Shown here: positions 1-14,455 of the stretch, in pieces
How the letters are laid out: each line of letters opens with the position of its first letter
Position numbering within the stretch: position 1 is the stretch's first letter
NCBI GenBank assembly: GCA_951406725.2
Contig: OX597822.1
Location: 58,342,001 to 58,406,000, forward strand
Source of the DNA: Octopus vulgaris
Lineage: Eukaryota
Length of the DNA: 64,000 nucleotides
Reading direction: 5' to 3'
Position numbers and translations under genes: made by a program
The notes under the pieces: model-generated
Seen by the model: the letters and a program-made list of their open reading frames with translations, nothing else
What the model was told of the DNA's origin: nothing
Database searches by the model: none

Positions 1-399
1 CATTAAGGAACTCAAAGGTTTCAGCAGGGGTGCTGCCCACCATCGCCACCACCACTACTGTTGTTGTTGCTGTAAATAATCAACAATTACTGATCTGCAG
101 AACAGTAATGGGCTTATAGGTAAAAATCAACAGAAACATTTTGTTTGTAATAAATTCATTTTCTACTTTTTCTCCTTCCTTGATCTCAGGTGACAGCTCA
201 GATTCTTTACTATCTCTGTGCCTATCAATGAACTTATTGGTCTCTCTCTTATGGACTAATACCTGCCAACAGAGAACATCACCATTTTCTTTGGATTCAA
301 GCCCAAATATATTATTGTACATGCCAAAAAGGAAGCATCTATGTGGCTGACCTGCTAGAAAGAGCAACCACCGCACCCCCAAATCACCCTCTGCTATTT

Positions 400-605
400 G
401 AAGAGGTGAAAAAAATGTGATAAAAATGTTGCCAGAAAGAATTACAAGAGCAGGCCAAGTCAACCAGCAGGAGACCCAGGGGTAGACTAAGAATGAAATG
501 GTTGGTCATGCTTGGAAATCTAGTCTAATGGCAGTTGCTTCCAATAGGACCACATGAAGGAAATGCTTGAGGACTTTACTCCTATGATACCCTGGGAATA
601 GTAAG
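400..605 (+). mobile_element. Possible very degenerate RTE-type LINE C-terminal remnant
   Basis: Translates patchily to 'VIKMLPERITRA...SRRPRGRLRMKWL', resembling the RTE GRP..W C-terminal motif. Confidence 0.3.
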
Positions 606-3600
606 CAGAGAAGATGGATAAATGGAAGAAATTTTAAAGAATACTGTCCTTGATATCCCCTTTAAAAAATACTGGATGGTTAAGGTTAGAATACCTCTAA
701 TTATAGATCTGCTTAATCAGGGATAACAACATTCAAACAATGCATTGTTGTTATAACATTTATACTAATGTGTGTAAAGACAAGAGACCCCGTTAAATTT
801 ATCTTCAAAATAGTTTTAGTGAATGAGAAATGGCTAATGTGAGTGAAACTCCTGACACTGTTGCAATTCCTTCTAACCTGATATTTTATCTCACTCTCAG
901 CACAGATAATCTGATAGAAACAAAATGGACTATTTCCCCTAATCCATCTTGCCATCCACAACCATCCAGGCAATTGGACACAAGTATGTCTAGGACTATT
1001 ATCCAATTTGTTCTTTCTTTTTTTAGTTCAGTAGTGTGTGATTTATGCAAGACTTGACTACTATTTCTCACAAGTTGAATAACTACATTTTGTTGTTTCT
1101 GGACAGAACACTTTACAGTACCTCACTTAACTCAGTTCTTAGTAGAAATGGGTACCAGATCTGTTAAAGAGAGTGGCTATGTAAAGTTAAGATGTGATAA
1201 ACAATTACCTTGGCCAGGAGAAAAATGTTATTCTCATCTACTTAATACTATGAAATCAGAGCTAACAAATTGGCTCTTAAAAGTTCATTATGGCCAAGGA
1301 GAGAATCTGCATTGAATATGATAGGTTTTATGTTTACCAAAGGAAGCAATGGAGTAAAAGAAATTTTTTTGCTGACTTTCTGTTTGTACTATGAATCATT
1401 TTTACAGATGGACATCTTTTTCACTGCTAATGTTACTCATGATAAGATGAGATGAATTAAAATGTGTTTTAGAGGTTTGTATTTATAGATCTTTATTGAT
1501 CAGCCTCTCATTTGCTTTAGCATTTTATGCCATTTCTCAGAAAACTGTACATTAATCATTAGAGCATTCATCTTTAAACTTAGACATCTTTGTTTAATGT
1601 TAGCTACAACTGCAAATGAAACCTATTTGTCAATCAGACAGACAAATGAACAGTCATGCATCTTGCTCAAAAGCACAAGGTAAATGGCTACTATTACACT
1701 TTCTAGCATACAAGTCACATTTTTCGGATCAAAATTTTCAGTTAAACAAAGGGAGGTCAACTTATATACGAAGATGGCTGTGAAGGACGAAAAAAAAAAT
1801 ATGCATATGAAATGCAGCATAATTTGTAAGCAACATTGATGTTTGAATATTTACACTATATACTCTATCAACTCATAAGCCAGAAAATACAATAGAAAGA
1901 TTTTAACTCATGACTATATAATAGTCAAGCACCATGACATAATAGCAACTGTTCATGACTGAAGATGGAAAATAGTGCCTTATTTCCATATTTAAGGTTT
2001 GGTTAGCCAAATGTTTGATCTTTGACCTACACTAAGTACAATCACACATCAGAGCTCAGACCCACAACAAAGCAGCATAGCGGGTGAATAAGTGCATATT
2101 TCCATCCTATTTGTTATGGTGGATTCTGTCCTAAAAAAACGTTTATTTATCTGGTGGGCCTTTGCACTCCTTTCCGGAAGTGTGTATATGAATCAGTGCA
2201 CATGTATATGTATAGGAATCTTCAAATGTAAATGTAAGTGAAAGACAATGTGTGTGTGTGTGTGTATGAGAGCCAAAGGTGGATGAAGAGGGTGGTAATG
2301 TGAAAGTTATAGTGAGAATGCAAGTGCTTATATGAGTAGGTATGTATAAAGGGAGATGAGAAGGTGGGAGAGGTGCTTGAAGGACAACAATGAATAGGTT
2401 AAACAATATTCCCACACACCCTAAAGGCCAGATTTTCAACTGGAACATCTGATATTGTTTGATGGCTTCTTGTCATATTTGTGAAATAGCTTCTCCAAGT
2501 GAAGTTATTTCACAAATAATAATGATAATAATAATAGTAATAATAATAATATGATCAACACCTGTAACTTGTCAACAAGTTTGAGAGGAGGAGGGAAAGA
2601 GCTGGGAAAGAATTAACTTAGAGATTGGGATGAGGGACAGGGTGATATAGAAGATCAACTGGATGGATAAATTTCTAGGATGTTTGTGTTGATAGTTAAA
2701 CTTTGGTCAGCTCTGAACTAGTTTAAGTAAAGTTGTGGCATTGGAAAAAAATAAACCATTTAAATGTTTCATCTCAAAATGTCAACCAATCATCTGACTT
2801 TTGACAATTTGCTCCAATACATATATATATCAAAATTGTTGATATTTTTTTCTGTCATTTGGAAATATTTGACAACTGGTGTCTAAGAAGATGACTGTGT
2901 GTCATTGACCCAGTGCAGGTGCATGCAACCTCCAAACAAGCAGATTGCGATGTGAAAACAGTCTTGTTTGTACTTAAGACCCACTGTCCTTCACTGGATT
3001 GGCCATATGTGTTGATACCCTCCAGTAAAATTTCTTCAGACCAGCCATTAATACAAGCACACACTTGGGTTAACAGCTTCACCATGGTAGAAAACTGAAG
3101 TCACAGCTGCATGTCAACAGGACAAACTTTATATTGACCATCAGTCCATGTATCAAGTCACTTATTCATGAAATGCAGACTAACTGCAAACTCATCTCAA
3201 AATGGTTTGATTTGGTTTGGTCAGTGACAAACAACAAGAGAGAGTTGTATGGGACACAGCTGTGTGGCTTTTGTTCTAATATCATTGGAAGTCAAATTCT
3301 ATTGCTCTAACATATAAAAAGACTAAGATTTTGGACTCTTGTTAAGCTTTTTACCAGCTTAGCATTGATCTTCAGTTCAAATCTAATTCAGTTACTTTCT
3401 GTTGCCTATTTAAGCAGAACATTTAATTCTGTGCGAACAGAAATTATGGGTAGGTACCAGATAATAACTGGAGACCACACCTTGGAACTATGTAGATAAA
3501 GGTTCAGTCTCAATGTGTGAATGCTGTTGGCCATTGACTATAGCCATGGACCAATACCTTGCAAATAAAAATGATAGATGGAAACTGAAGTCCATCACGA

Positions 3601-6600
3601 GTGAGTGAGTGTGTATGTGTACACACGTTGCCCCTGTCTTCATATGTCTTCACTGAGTTTAAGCAGAAGCCTCATTATTCATACAGTGCCATTTGCAATG
3701 AAGTTCATCACGAAGGTACATCCAGGGTTTATTACATACCCTGACATGTTGCATGATCTTGCAAAAACAAACAAAAAAAAGTTCTGCATAACCAACATCA
3801 GGAAGGCAGCTGGATGTAGAAGACTCTGCCCCAACATTCTCATCTGACCAATACAAACTTCCTGGCTTATACAAACCACATGTGGCTTTGAAAACAAAGA
3901 AAAGGAATCCTGGGATCTGCACTAAAACGTTTGATTAGCTATTTAGAATTACAGCTAACTAAGCCTACCAGACAACATAAACAGATATACAAACTGAAAT
4001 ATAAGCCTACACAAAGACACAATTCCAGTTCAAACAAAAATTTACAAATTAATTAATTAATTAGCTGTAATTAATTTGTAGTACAATACATAGCCTTTTT
4101 GGTAAACTTGGAATGCAGAGGTATGTCTATTTTTGTAGCCTCACTGAAAATGAAACAAAATTGTTACACCATAGGCTTTATATTCTTATGGGATGATAAA
4201 AATGGGAACCCTTTTGACTAATTTCTAGCCTTACACTTTCACCGGTGAAAGAATACTTGTCTTTGGTCCACAGAAAAATTAAGTAGCGTACAGTTATGTA
4301 CAGTGTATACAAGCTAGAACTGTTAAAATGGTCAGTGTCTTGTGATGAAGACCTAAATAACTCTAGAAACTAGTCACAGCAATGCCATTTATTCTGCCCA
4401 CAATGAAATGAACCTGTGATGTAATCAATTTGATTATTTCTCACTGTGAGGCTAAATTGTATGCCTTACACTCCAAAATATGGATTCATTTTCCTACAAT
4501 GAAGAAAAACTCTCAGAAAATAAGAAAAAAACTTTTTTCATCCTTTTCTGCTTCTAGTGAATAAAATACAGTAGTCAACTGTTTCTAGGAAATCAGCTTG
4601 CTCTAACCAGAATGTTAAAAAAATCTCATAATTAATGCTTAAAATAACTGGTATCTGGAAATTTTAAAATCTGCATTGCTGAGGTCATACAGTAGCTGAT
4701 AAATTTAAGGAAATTTATTCCTGCTTTCAGATGAAAATGCAGTGTAAGATGATGAATGAGAAAATGTTAACTATGCGTTGTCAGAAGTTGGTTGTTCGAA
4801 ATAAATATTCAGAGCATATATAAAGCAGCATTTATAGAAAAGAAACACAGAATCCATTTAGATACAAGAAGATGATGAAAAACTGATGAGAGCTGTCGAA
4901 AACATGTATGATATATATACATAAATGTATATATTTATGGCTCAAACGTAGTGCTACAGTTATGAACAATGAGAGTAATGCTTACTGCTGTCACTCAACA
5001 TCCTCTTTTTCTTCCCCTTCAAGAATGAGTGTGAGTTGTTTGGGAAACAATGTTCCTAACTGCAAAATTGACATACAAACAGGAAAAATAAAGTTTTCAG
5101 TTTCAATCTTCATAGAAGATTAATTCTATTGTAAAGGTAGCATTTGTGTTCTGTATAGTCTTAATTACACTCCTCACACACACATATCATATACATGGGT
5201 GACAAAATATTGTTTAACTCCAGAGCAGTCCAACAGAACAAAGCATAGGATCAAAGATATTCTAGTTATGTCTTTTTGCATTATCCAGTGTAGCTTTTCT
5301 TTTATAAGATAATGAAATGCGATTTTAGAAGAAATACTGATAATTCTAGTAAGAAATGATCAGGTAGCCACTGATTGACCAGATCTTAAACCAAGAGAGC
5401 CTCAGATTTATAATCTGACCTTTATTTATTCTTTTTTCTGACAGGCTGTCTAAAATGCCTAGTAAAATCTGTTGTGACACAAAGCCATAGTATATTATAT
5501 AGCTTCTCACAGACAAATCAACTCCACCTTCTTATGTTCTGCTCTAAAACAAGCAGTGTGAGCTGTCAGGATGGAAAGGATCTGATGAAGGTCAGGTGTT
5601 CAACATTCAGTTTTAGGGTGCAGGAAAGGTTTCTTAAAGACAAAAGATGAAATAACACTGAATGAAAGAAACCTCAGAGAAGGTATGGTCCAGTTAACTG
5701 TGGCATGCATGACTCACCAGAGAAATTGATAGAAATGGTAGAGAGAGTTAAACTCTCATTCCAATAGGAATTCAAATCCTATATAGATCTATTTTTTCTT
5801 CAGTAGAGATATCATCATCAGAATTTTATACTTGTTTTTCATGCTAACACGAGTTGGATAGGTCATCACAGTCCAAGTAAGTTCTTCTTATGAGGACCAT
5901 GTCTTGCCTTGTATGTACAGCTGGAGCCCTTCTTGACACTAATCACTTTACAGAATGTACAAGGTGCATTTTATTGCGGCACCAACATTAAAGAGGTTGT
6001 TATGTACTGGACAAGGCAAGACAGAAGGGTTCTCTCAAAACTATGCTTCTGTTTCATTCATTCACCAACCACTGTACAGTAGGTATGAAGAGTTGGTTGC
6101 ACTATATACCATAAGAATGCAGAGTAACTCATTTAAGACATGAATGTGACTGAAGAGGTGAGTAATAGTGAGAGTGATGGTAGAAGAACCAGAACAAATG
6201 GATGAAGTGAGGTAGAAACAATGATAGGAGTAATGAGACCAGAAAGAGTAATGTGTAATAGTTAGTCAAGGGTCTTAGAAGTCATTTGCTCAAGGTGCCA
6301 TACACTGGGATCAAATCCGGAACCCCATGGTTGTGAAAAGAACTATTTTTTGATGATACATCTAGGTCTGCTACTGTAATAATCCTGTTTGAAGTTAACA
6401 CAGTTTGAAATTGTGGTAGGATAATTAGAATATTTGACGTCACAATATCTAGACTATACACCTAGCTTATATAGAAAGATCATTAGAGATTTCGTAAATG
6501 TCTGGTAACAAAATACCCTCACCCATACTATATTTTGGGTAGTCATGTAGGAAGGGTGTGATACTCTTCCTACTTTTCTTTGTCTTAAATTGTTAATGTA

Positions 6601-9600
6601 CAGTGTGAGTCTTGTATGTATATGTGTGCGTGATAATGTATACCAGTAGGCATCTTTTAAATTCACCATATATGTTTACATATTTAGGGCACAAACACAC
6701 ACAAACACACAGACACACACACACACACACAACAAACCTAAGCCCAGAAATGTATATCTACATATGTTTACACAACTACATCATCAACACACACAGCTGC
6801 ATGTTTCACACATACACATGCAGATAAAGATGCACACGGTTTACATGCATTCTTCAGCATGCATGTGAGAAAACTATTCCATCTATTTGGTAAATAGACA
6901 CCATAAGCTGCAATGTTAACAAGTTCTAGTAAAGAGAAACAAAGACCTAAGATGCTGGCAGAAAACAGCATGAATATCAGACTTAATGACAATCTGACAG
7001 AGGACTAGAGTAGTATTAGCAGTGGGTAATGGTGTGAGGGAATACCAGCAATAGTGAGGGGGGGGTGCTGAGGGTGCAAGTAAACAAATGACCTCCCTAG
7101 GGGTTAATAATGTCACCCCTTCTCCTCTATGCATTCATAAGATAGATCAGCAGCACTTTAATGAGATATCAAAATACTTAAGTACCAAACTAAACTATGA
7201 AATGTGTGTGTACTTTATATATATATATATATGTGATTGTGGATGGGTGTAGAGGTAGTAGAGAGAGGGGAGTCAAATGAGAAAATGTGACAAAAAATAT
7301 ATTACTATCCCCTCCCTGCAGCATTAAAAAAATGCTTTCTTCTCTATCCTTTTCTTTCTCTCTCTCTGTCTCTCTCTTTCTGTCTTTCTTCAGGTAATCT
7401 TCCTTAATAGAAGAAAGTGAAAATAGAGTTAAAGGGAGTGGGAGTAACTGAGGAGGAGGAGGAAGAGGAAGGGTGGGAAGAAAATGCATGGTTTCTTTCA
7501 TTCCCCCCACCCCTGAAAATACAGTTGAATTATGAGGTTTTTTGGAAGTCAGAAGAGGTGAAGGTGATAGTGGTGGTGGTGGAGGGAACAAGGAGTGTAA
7601 CTGTGAGTGGGAAAGCACACTTTGAGTCTATCACACACATACATGCTCTAAGGCACACCCACCCTCTAGCAAGGAAAATGAGAATGTTGAATGGCTTTAC
7701 CAAAATTAGGCAAGAGAAAACTGATAGCAGTTTTTAGAAATTTTTGTTTGGTTGATATTTTTGGTTTCTGTTTTAAATATGTGGAAGGATCAACAAAAAG
7801 AATAAGAAAAAAAGGGAAAGAACAAAAGAAAATTCTTAACAAAATAAAAATTTCCCAACTGACTCTTCTTCGCCACACTCAAGAAAAAAAACTATAACAA
7901 AGATTTGATAAATTACATACATTCAAAAAATATAAGTCACACACAGACAAGACATGTATGTACCTATAGATGTGTGTGTGTGTGAAAGAAAATGGAGAGA
8001 ATAAGTGCTACATTGAGTAGGGAGTCAATAAGGACCAAGAAAGTCCTTATACAGAATCTGTTTTCTTTTCTAACTCTGGAAAAAAAATGCCATCCCATCA
8101 CACTGTCAAATAACAACATCCATTTTTTTCTTTCAACCTGCCCACCCCACCTGAAACAGCTGTTGCTAGCCAAGCAGGATGGTGGAGAAGGAGAGATGAC
8201 AGTACAATAGACACAAAGAAAGGGGTGAGTGGGGAAAAATGTCTTCCTTTTCCCTGATCTTTCTTACCATCTTAACACCAATCTCCCAGATTAGCAAGTA
8301 CCAGTCTTACCCAACTAAACACTACCATCATCTCCATCATCAACCTCTGCTATCTCATATGTAGGTACTCTTATTTACTCTGCCTTCTACCCAGTAGCGG
8401 GATGCACCTTGGTGACAGTTAAAACAGCCAGTTCAGTCAGGTCCAGCACAAACCTAGCAATAGGAAACACACTATGTGATGGCTTCAGTGAATAATTGTT
8501 GTGAGGATGGGGTCAGAGAAGGTTTCTTCCCTTAACACACATAACTCAACTCTCTCTCTCTCTCTCTCTCATACATACACACACACACACCCTCTACCTC
8601 CATACAGCATTCAACATTAAGCCAAAACCAAGTGTCATTCCTAAGTTCTCATTGGGAGTTTTTCAGATTTCTAGGCAACAGCAGCATTCCAATAATTTGC
8701 TTAGATACAGGATAAATAGTAGGGAAAGGAGAAAAAAATTGATAAAAATGTCAATAAACAACAATAACAATGACACAAATAGCATGAAATAAGTCATTTC
8801 TGGTCAGTGGAAACATTCAAATGAACCCAGTTTAATGAGGTTTCCCTCCCCAAGAGTGGGAGTGGGGGAGACAAACCTACAACAAACAAATAGCCTTAGA
8901 AACTATTAAAGAAGTCATTCTAGGTACAAGGAAATTTAGTGGTGGTGGTGATGGTAGTAATAGCAGGGTGATGCTAAAAAGGGTCAAAATATAGGCCTTT
9001 TCTTTTCTTTCCTCACTTCTTTTGCACTCTCCTTCACTGGGAACTTTCTGTTAATACACATACACAAACACACAGACTACATTAAAGCTGAACAAAGAAT
9101 TGTTTTTCTACATTTTCCATATTCCTATGTATTTGTATGTGTGAACAAAACAGAAATAGAAGAAGGGTGTGACTGTTAATACAGTTGGTGAAAGGGACAG
9201 GAGACTGGCATGGTCAGAAACATATCTTATCATCAACAGCAGTTTGTATTCATTGGTCAAGAAGGACATTTAGCTCTCAAATGCAGAGTACAGCACACTA
9301 ATATATAAGTACATTCATTGCTGTAATCAGTGACAACAATATAAAACTGACTAGTGTTTTATCAGCTCATGGGTCCCACATTCAATGCCTCTGTGAGTAG
9401 TTAAGTCACACACACACGACACTGCAATAGAGAAAAAGTTGTATGATGGATACAATTTGGGAGGTTATGAGACAGGTTTTTAGAGGGGCTAAATCAGGAA
9501 CCAATATATTGCACAGGTTTACCTTCATTACCTACCATCTTGATTTGTCCACTAATAAGGAAATGGTGGAGGAGGAGAGGAGGGATAGTTAGAGAAAGAA

Positions 9601-10387
9601 AGTGAAATGAAAATAAAGTGAAGAAGGGATACAGAGAGACAGAGAAGGTGAAAATTTGAGGACAGTCAGTAAGGAAAAAGCAAAACTGGAAGGGAAGAGA
9701 AATGTGAAAAAAGAATAAGAGGAAGAATAGAAAAAAAGGAGAGAAAAGATAAAGAAAGAAAGGGGGGAGGCACCCAAGGGAAAGAGACAAAAGAGAGTTT
9801 TCTATCATAACCTTAAGGTTGAACAAAGCTTTACTTGTGAAATTGGATAAATGCTAAATGTTGAAGCTAGTCAGGTGCTGTCCCCCTGTTTTTGGGCATA
9901 GTGGGCAGAGACTAAAATCACTGCCCAGTTCAAACTATCATATCGTCCGTGGGTGCCCATACTACAGTAAACTTGTTGCAACCACTCAGGGCAGTTTTCT
10001 GGTCTAAAGATAATCTCCTTCCTTATTTCAATCAGTGTCAAAGTCCATGAAAAGGGGTCATGGATGATGCCTTTCTGTCTCTGACTTAATAATTAAAAAA
10101 CAAACAATCAAAAGAGATAGAAATAGAGAGCCAAAAAAAGATTTCAGAATGGGATTCATGAGTGGCACCTATACATTTAAACAGTTACCAGTATATACTA
10201 TGTCCACTACAGCAGAACTGACTATAACTACGAAACAACTACAACATGTAATATGGGTTTTTCTTACATTGTTAAAACTGAATCTTTTAGTAAAAACTAT
10301 TAGATCTAATTCACAACACAAAAAAACTGTTTATTATCAATATTTTTTTGTCAATCAAATGTTTGTTAGTTAGTGAGTTAGTTAATA

Positions 10388-11247
10388 GGTGAAGGCATGG
10401 CTGTGTAGTAAGAAGCTTGCTTCCCAACTGCATGGCACCTTGAGCAAGTGTCTTCTACTATAGCCTTAGGCCAACCAAAGCCTTATTAGTGGATTTGGTA
10501 TATGGAAGCCCATCATACACACACACACATATATATATATATGAAATCGAAATTGAACCAAATTCGATGACTGGCACCCACGCCAGTGGAGCGCTAACAG
10601 CTCCGTCCAAACGGGAACACTGCCAGAGCAGCTTTCTGGCTTCCGTGCCGGTGGGCACATAAAAAGCACCATTTGAGCGTGATCGTTACCAGCGTCGCGT
10701 TACTGGCACTTGTGCCGGTGGTACATGAACAAAACATTTGAGCGAGGTCATTGCCAGTGCTGCTGGACTGACTCCTGTGCAGGTGGCACGTAAAAAACAC
10801 TATTTTCGAGTGTGGCCGTTGCCAGTACCGCCAGACTGGCCCTCATGCAGGTCGCACATAAAAGCACCCACTACACTCTCAGAGTGGTTGGCATTAGGAA
10901 GGGCATCTAGCTGTAGAAACTCTGCTAGATCTGATTGAAGCCTGGCGCAGCCATCTGGTTTGCCAGTGCTCAGTCAAATTGTCCAACCCATGCTAGCATG
11001 GAAAGCAGACATTAAACGACGATGATGATGATGATATGTGTCTTTGTGTCTATCTCCTCACCACTGCTTGACAATTGACTGGTGTTGATGTGTTTATGTC
11101 CCCATAACTTAGTGATTCAGCAAAAGTGACTGATAGAATAAGTACTCTAGGCTTAAAAAGAATAAGTTCTGAGGTCAATTTATTTGAGTGAAAAAACCCT
11201 TCATGGCAGTGCCCAGTCTATTGACTGAAATAAGTAAAAGATAAAAG
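10388..11247 (+). mobile_element. tRNA-head SINE (family A), interrupted by an RTE-tail element
   Basis: Head 'ggcatggctgtgtagtaagaagcttgc', 'gcaccttgagcaagtgtcttctactatagcc'; body resumes at ~11036 and ends 'actgaaataagtaaaagataaaag' as in the intact copy at 46329-46720. Confidence 0.75.
10541..11034 (+). mobile_element. Short RTE-3'-end element with 5-unit tandem array and (GAT)n tail
   Basis: Units start at 10571, 10636, 10703, 10768, 10836; then 'ggaagggcatctagctgtagaaac'...'gcatggaaagcagacattaaacgacgatgatgatg'; inserted in the CA/TA microsatellite of SINE-A. Confidence 0.8.
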
Positions 11248-11291
11248 TAGTACAACATTAAAACTCTTGAGTGGACTGAATTTGTTTCATA

Positions 11292-11662
11292 AACAAGAGC
11301 ACTCAGTGAGCACAAACCTCTGCCAAGGCAACACCAATGTCCTCTCAATGATTAGCCAAAGATGATTTTTAAAATGAGAATATCTGAAATAAACTAGACT
11401 GCTCTCACAAACGAGAATACTAAAAATGAACCTGATCACTCTCAAAAATTTAAGTAAAGTAAACAGGAAAAATAATCCAGAATCCTTGTCCAGTATCAGA
11501 TCAATCCCAAAATCTAATCAGTTCGTGCCAGTCACGAGGCTAAACATCCCTGAAAGTTTCATCCAAATTCATCCAGTGGTTCTTGAGATATCTTGTCCAC
11601 AGACAAACAAACAAACACAACTGAAAACAATACCTCTGCCTTCGCTAAGGCAGAGGTAATAA
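11292..11662 (-). mobile_element. Helentron-associated (HINE/DINE-1-like) non-autonomous element
   Basis: Palindrome 'tacctctgccttcgctaaggcagaggta' at one end, matching subterminal 'acctctgccaaggc' plus stem-loop 'gcactcagtgagcac' at the other, internal (CAAA)n, A/T-run ends, no TSD. Confidence 0.7.
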
Positions 11663-12356
11663 GTTTCCTCTCTGACCCATTATCACTTTTATGATGTCAG
11701 AGAGGGAAAAGAATAACATTACACGAACAATGAAATTTACAGTTTCCCAAAGCATAGGAAGAACTTTCAGCTGGAATGTATGTGAGTGGATTAACAGACA
11801 ATCTAATGAAGGAAGTGGCACCAGCAGAATTGCCTTGATGATCATAATTATTTATATCAATGGAGAAGCAGAGTGGAAGAATTAATAAAGCGTCATCTTG
11901 TAGTGTTTGGTTACATCACTTCATATTCTGAGCTAAACTCTATCAAAGTTGATGTTATATATAACGATTCTCCCTATGTGTCATTCCATCCTGAATAACA
12001 CACCCATAACACACACATGCAATAAAATGAGAACTAGAGAATTAATTATACTGCTCCTCTAAATTTCTGGTTAGAAAGTTCTGGTGATTAAGGGTTTCTT
12101 GCTACTGCTTGGACTGTTGGCCAGCATCTTCTATAATGGCTATGAGTTGACCAATGCCATGTGGGTGAAATTTGGTCGATGGAAGTCTGTCAGAGATATA
12201 ATCAATTATTGTTGCAACGGATATTTTCACAGGAAAGATAGAAACAATTTGGATTGTTCGTAGTAGTAGTAGTAGTAATAGTTTCATCATCATTTACCAT
12301 CACCTTTTCCATGTTGGCATGGGTTGGACAGTTCAACAAGAACAGATGGCCATGCC

Positions 12357-12397
<41 letters not shown>

Positions 12398-12745
12398 ACA
12401 TGTGCATAATATCTTCTATCTTTTATTTGTTTTAGTAAGGCTTCTTCCAGTTTCCATCAACCAAGAATTTGGTTAGCCTAAGGCTATACTAGAAGACACT
12501 TGCCCAAGGTGCCATATAAGAGAGTCTGAACCTAGAATTATGTTTGGGAAGCAAACTTTGTACCACACAGCTACACTCATATAAGGCTTTTAGAAAAATT
12601 TCTTGATACATTGACTTTTTGAAAAAAGATTTTCTCAAAAATTAATAATTAAAAAAATATTTATGTAATTGATAATTTTTGATTTAAGAACATTTATATC
12701 TCTTTTGATTCACCAGAAGTGATAAATTAGAAGAATCAATACAAA

Positions 12746-13794
12746 TTCTTTTATTTGTTTCAGTTATTTGATTGTGGCCATGCTGGAGTACCACCTTAAA
12801 GCGTTTTAGTCAAAGAAATCTACCCCAGGACTTATTCTTTTGGTCTCTTTTGCCAATCCGCTAACTTAGAGGGGACATAAATGCACCAACATCAGTTGTC
12901 AAGAGATAGTGGGGGGGACAAACACAGACACAAAGCCACACACACGCGCACAAAAATATATATTGGGTCATCCCATAAATAATGTGTTTTTTTATAACTC
13001 CTTTTATTTTTCAAAATTAAGATAAAGTTCCTTTTTAATCTAAAATATACTCTCATTCATTTCCTACAATGCTATTCCACCTATCTGGTAGATTTACAAG
13101 GCCCCTCTTCCAAAGTGCACTTGTCTGTGACAACAAATACTCCTCCAGTACTGTTCTGACCTCATCTACAGAATTCATATTTTTTCCATCCAAATGATTT
13201 TGAAGACTGCAGAATAAATGATAATCAGATGGGGCAATGTCTGGCGAATATGCTGGGTGGGTGGGGTATTGTTTCCTATCCAAATTGCTCCAGCCTTTGG
13301 AATGTCATCCTCACCTTCTGCCTTGAAACCAAAGATGGTTGTTTTTCTTGTAGCACAGGTGTCGATGAATGGTTGAATGACCAAATCCAAGCTTCTCCAT
13401 AACTTCCTCAACAGTTACGAAGGGATTTTGTTTTACCAGAGTTTGCAGGATGTCCACTTCAAGCTCTACAGATCTTCCAGGACAAGGCTCGTCATCTAGG
13501 CTGTAGTTTCCAGCTCAGAATTTCTGGAACTACCATTGACACTGACTCCATATACTGCATTAAAATTCCTTGCACTTTCCATTGCATTGTTGCCTTTATT
13601 GAACTCAAAGCAAAATATGCCAAATATGCTCCTTTGTCACTTCCATTATAGCTTTTTCAGAACTTGCACTAAGAATAAGTACAAGGTGAAATTAATACCT
13701 GTTTTTATAGCAAGTTGATGCAGGTAGTTTATCCTGTCCTTCTCCGACATTTAGTTCATGCAATTGAAAAAACCGCATTATTTATGAGATGACC

Positions 13795-13832
<38 letters not shown>

Positions 13833-13975
13833 CACATACATACACGACAGGCTTCTTTCAGTTTCTGTCTACCAAATCTACCCACAAGGCTTTGGTCGGC
13901 CCAACACTATAGAAGAAGAAACTTGCCCAAGGTGCCATACAGTGGGGCTGAACCTAGAACAATGTGGTTGGGAAA
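12746..13975 (-). mobile_element. SINE family A split by a mariner insertion
   Basis: 3' half at 12746-12955 and 5' half at ~13840-13975 are colinear with the SINE-A consensus; the gap is the mariner plus (TA)n. Confidence 0.75.
12961..13800 (-). mobile_element. Internally deleted mariner (DD34D-type) transposon
   Basis: TIRs 'tattgggtcatcccataaataatg' / 'cattatttatgagatgaccccaata' with TA ends; broken N-terminal HTH from ATG 13646 (MEVTKEHIWHILL...DDEPCPGRS...STIHRHL); C-terminal motif HPAYSPDIAPSDYHLF in ORF 13053-13283; middle of catalytic domain missing. Confidence 0.9.
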
Positions 13976-14455
13976 AGGTTTGGATTTCCACAATGTAGAG
14001 TTGCTCGCTTCCAGTCACCAGCTGGTAAAATGAGCCTGGTTGTTGTTTGAATATCCATAGTCTGAATATTTTTTGAAGTATGAAATGAAAGTTTGAAAGA
14101 AACACCTATCCATAAGTTCTTTCATTAAAAATTTTGCATGTGTGCTTGTGTTTACATGTACACACTCAACTGTAAACAAACAATTGTAAAATTATGCAAT
14201 TTTTTTTTTTACAAACTTTCTGCAATGTCTGTACGTCCTTCTGCATATCCAGCCACTGAGCTGGTTGTCCAAAGGGATAGGGGCAATATTACCTTACTTG
14301 GGAAACAGAAAAGGGGTTTTGATGAAAAGAATAAATAGTCACAGTTATGTTCAATAAGTTTTGTCTGACCTATGCAAATATAGAGAAGTGAATGTTAAAA
14401 CGACAACAATAATGATGATGATGAATGTAATATAAGAAGAAAACATCTCGTCGCT

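Noticed and set aside
4882-4910. ctgatgag...cgaaaacatgta hammerhead-like string
   Set aside because: Extra A breaks stem III and no stem I pairing is available
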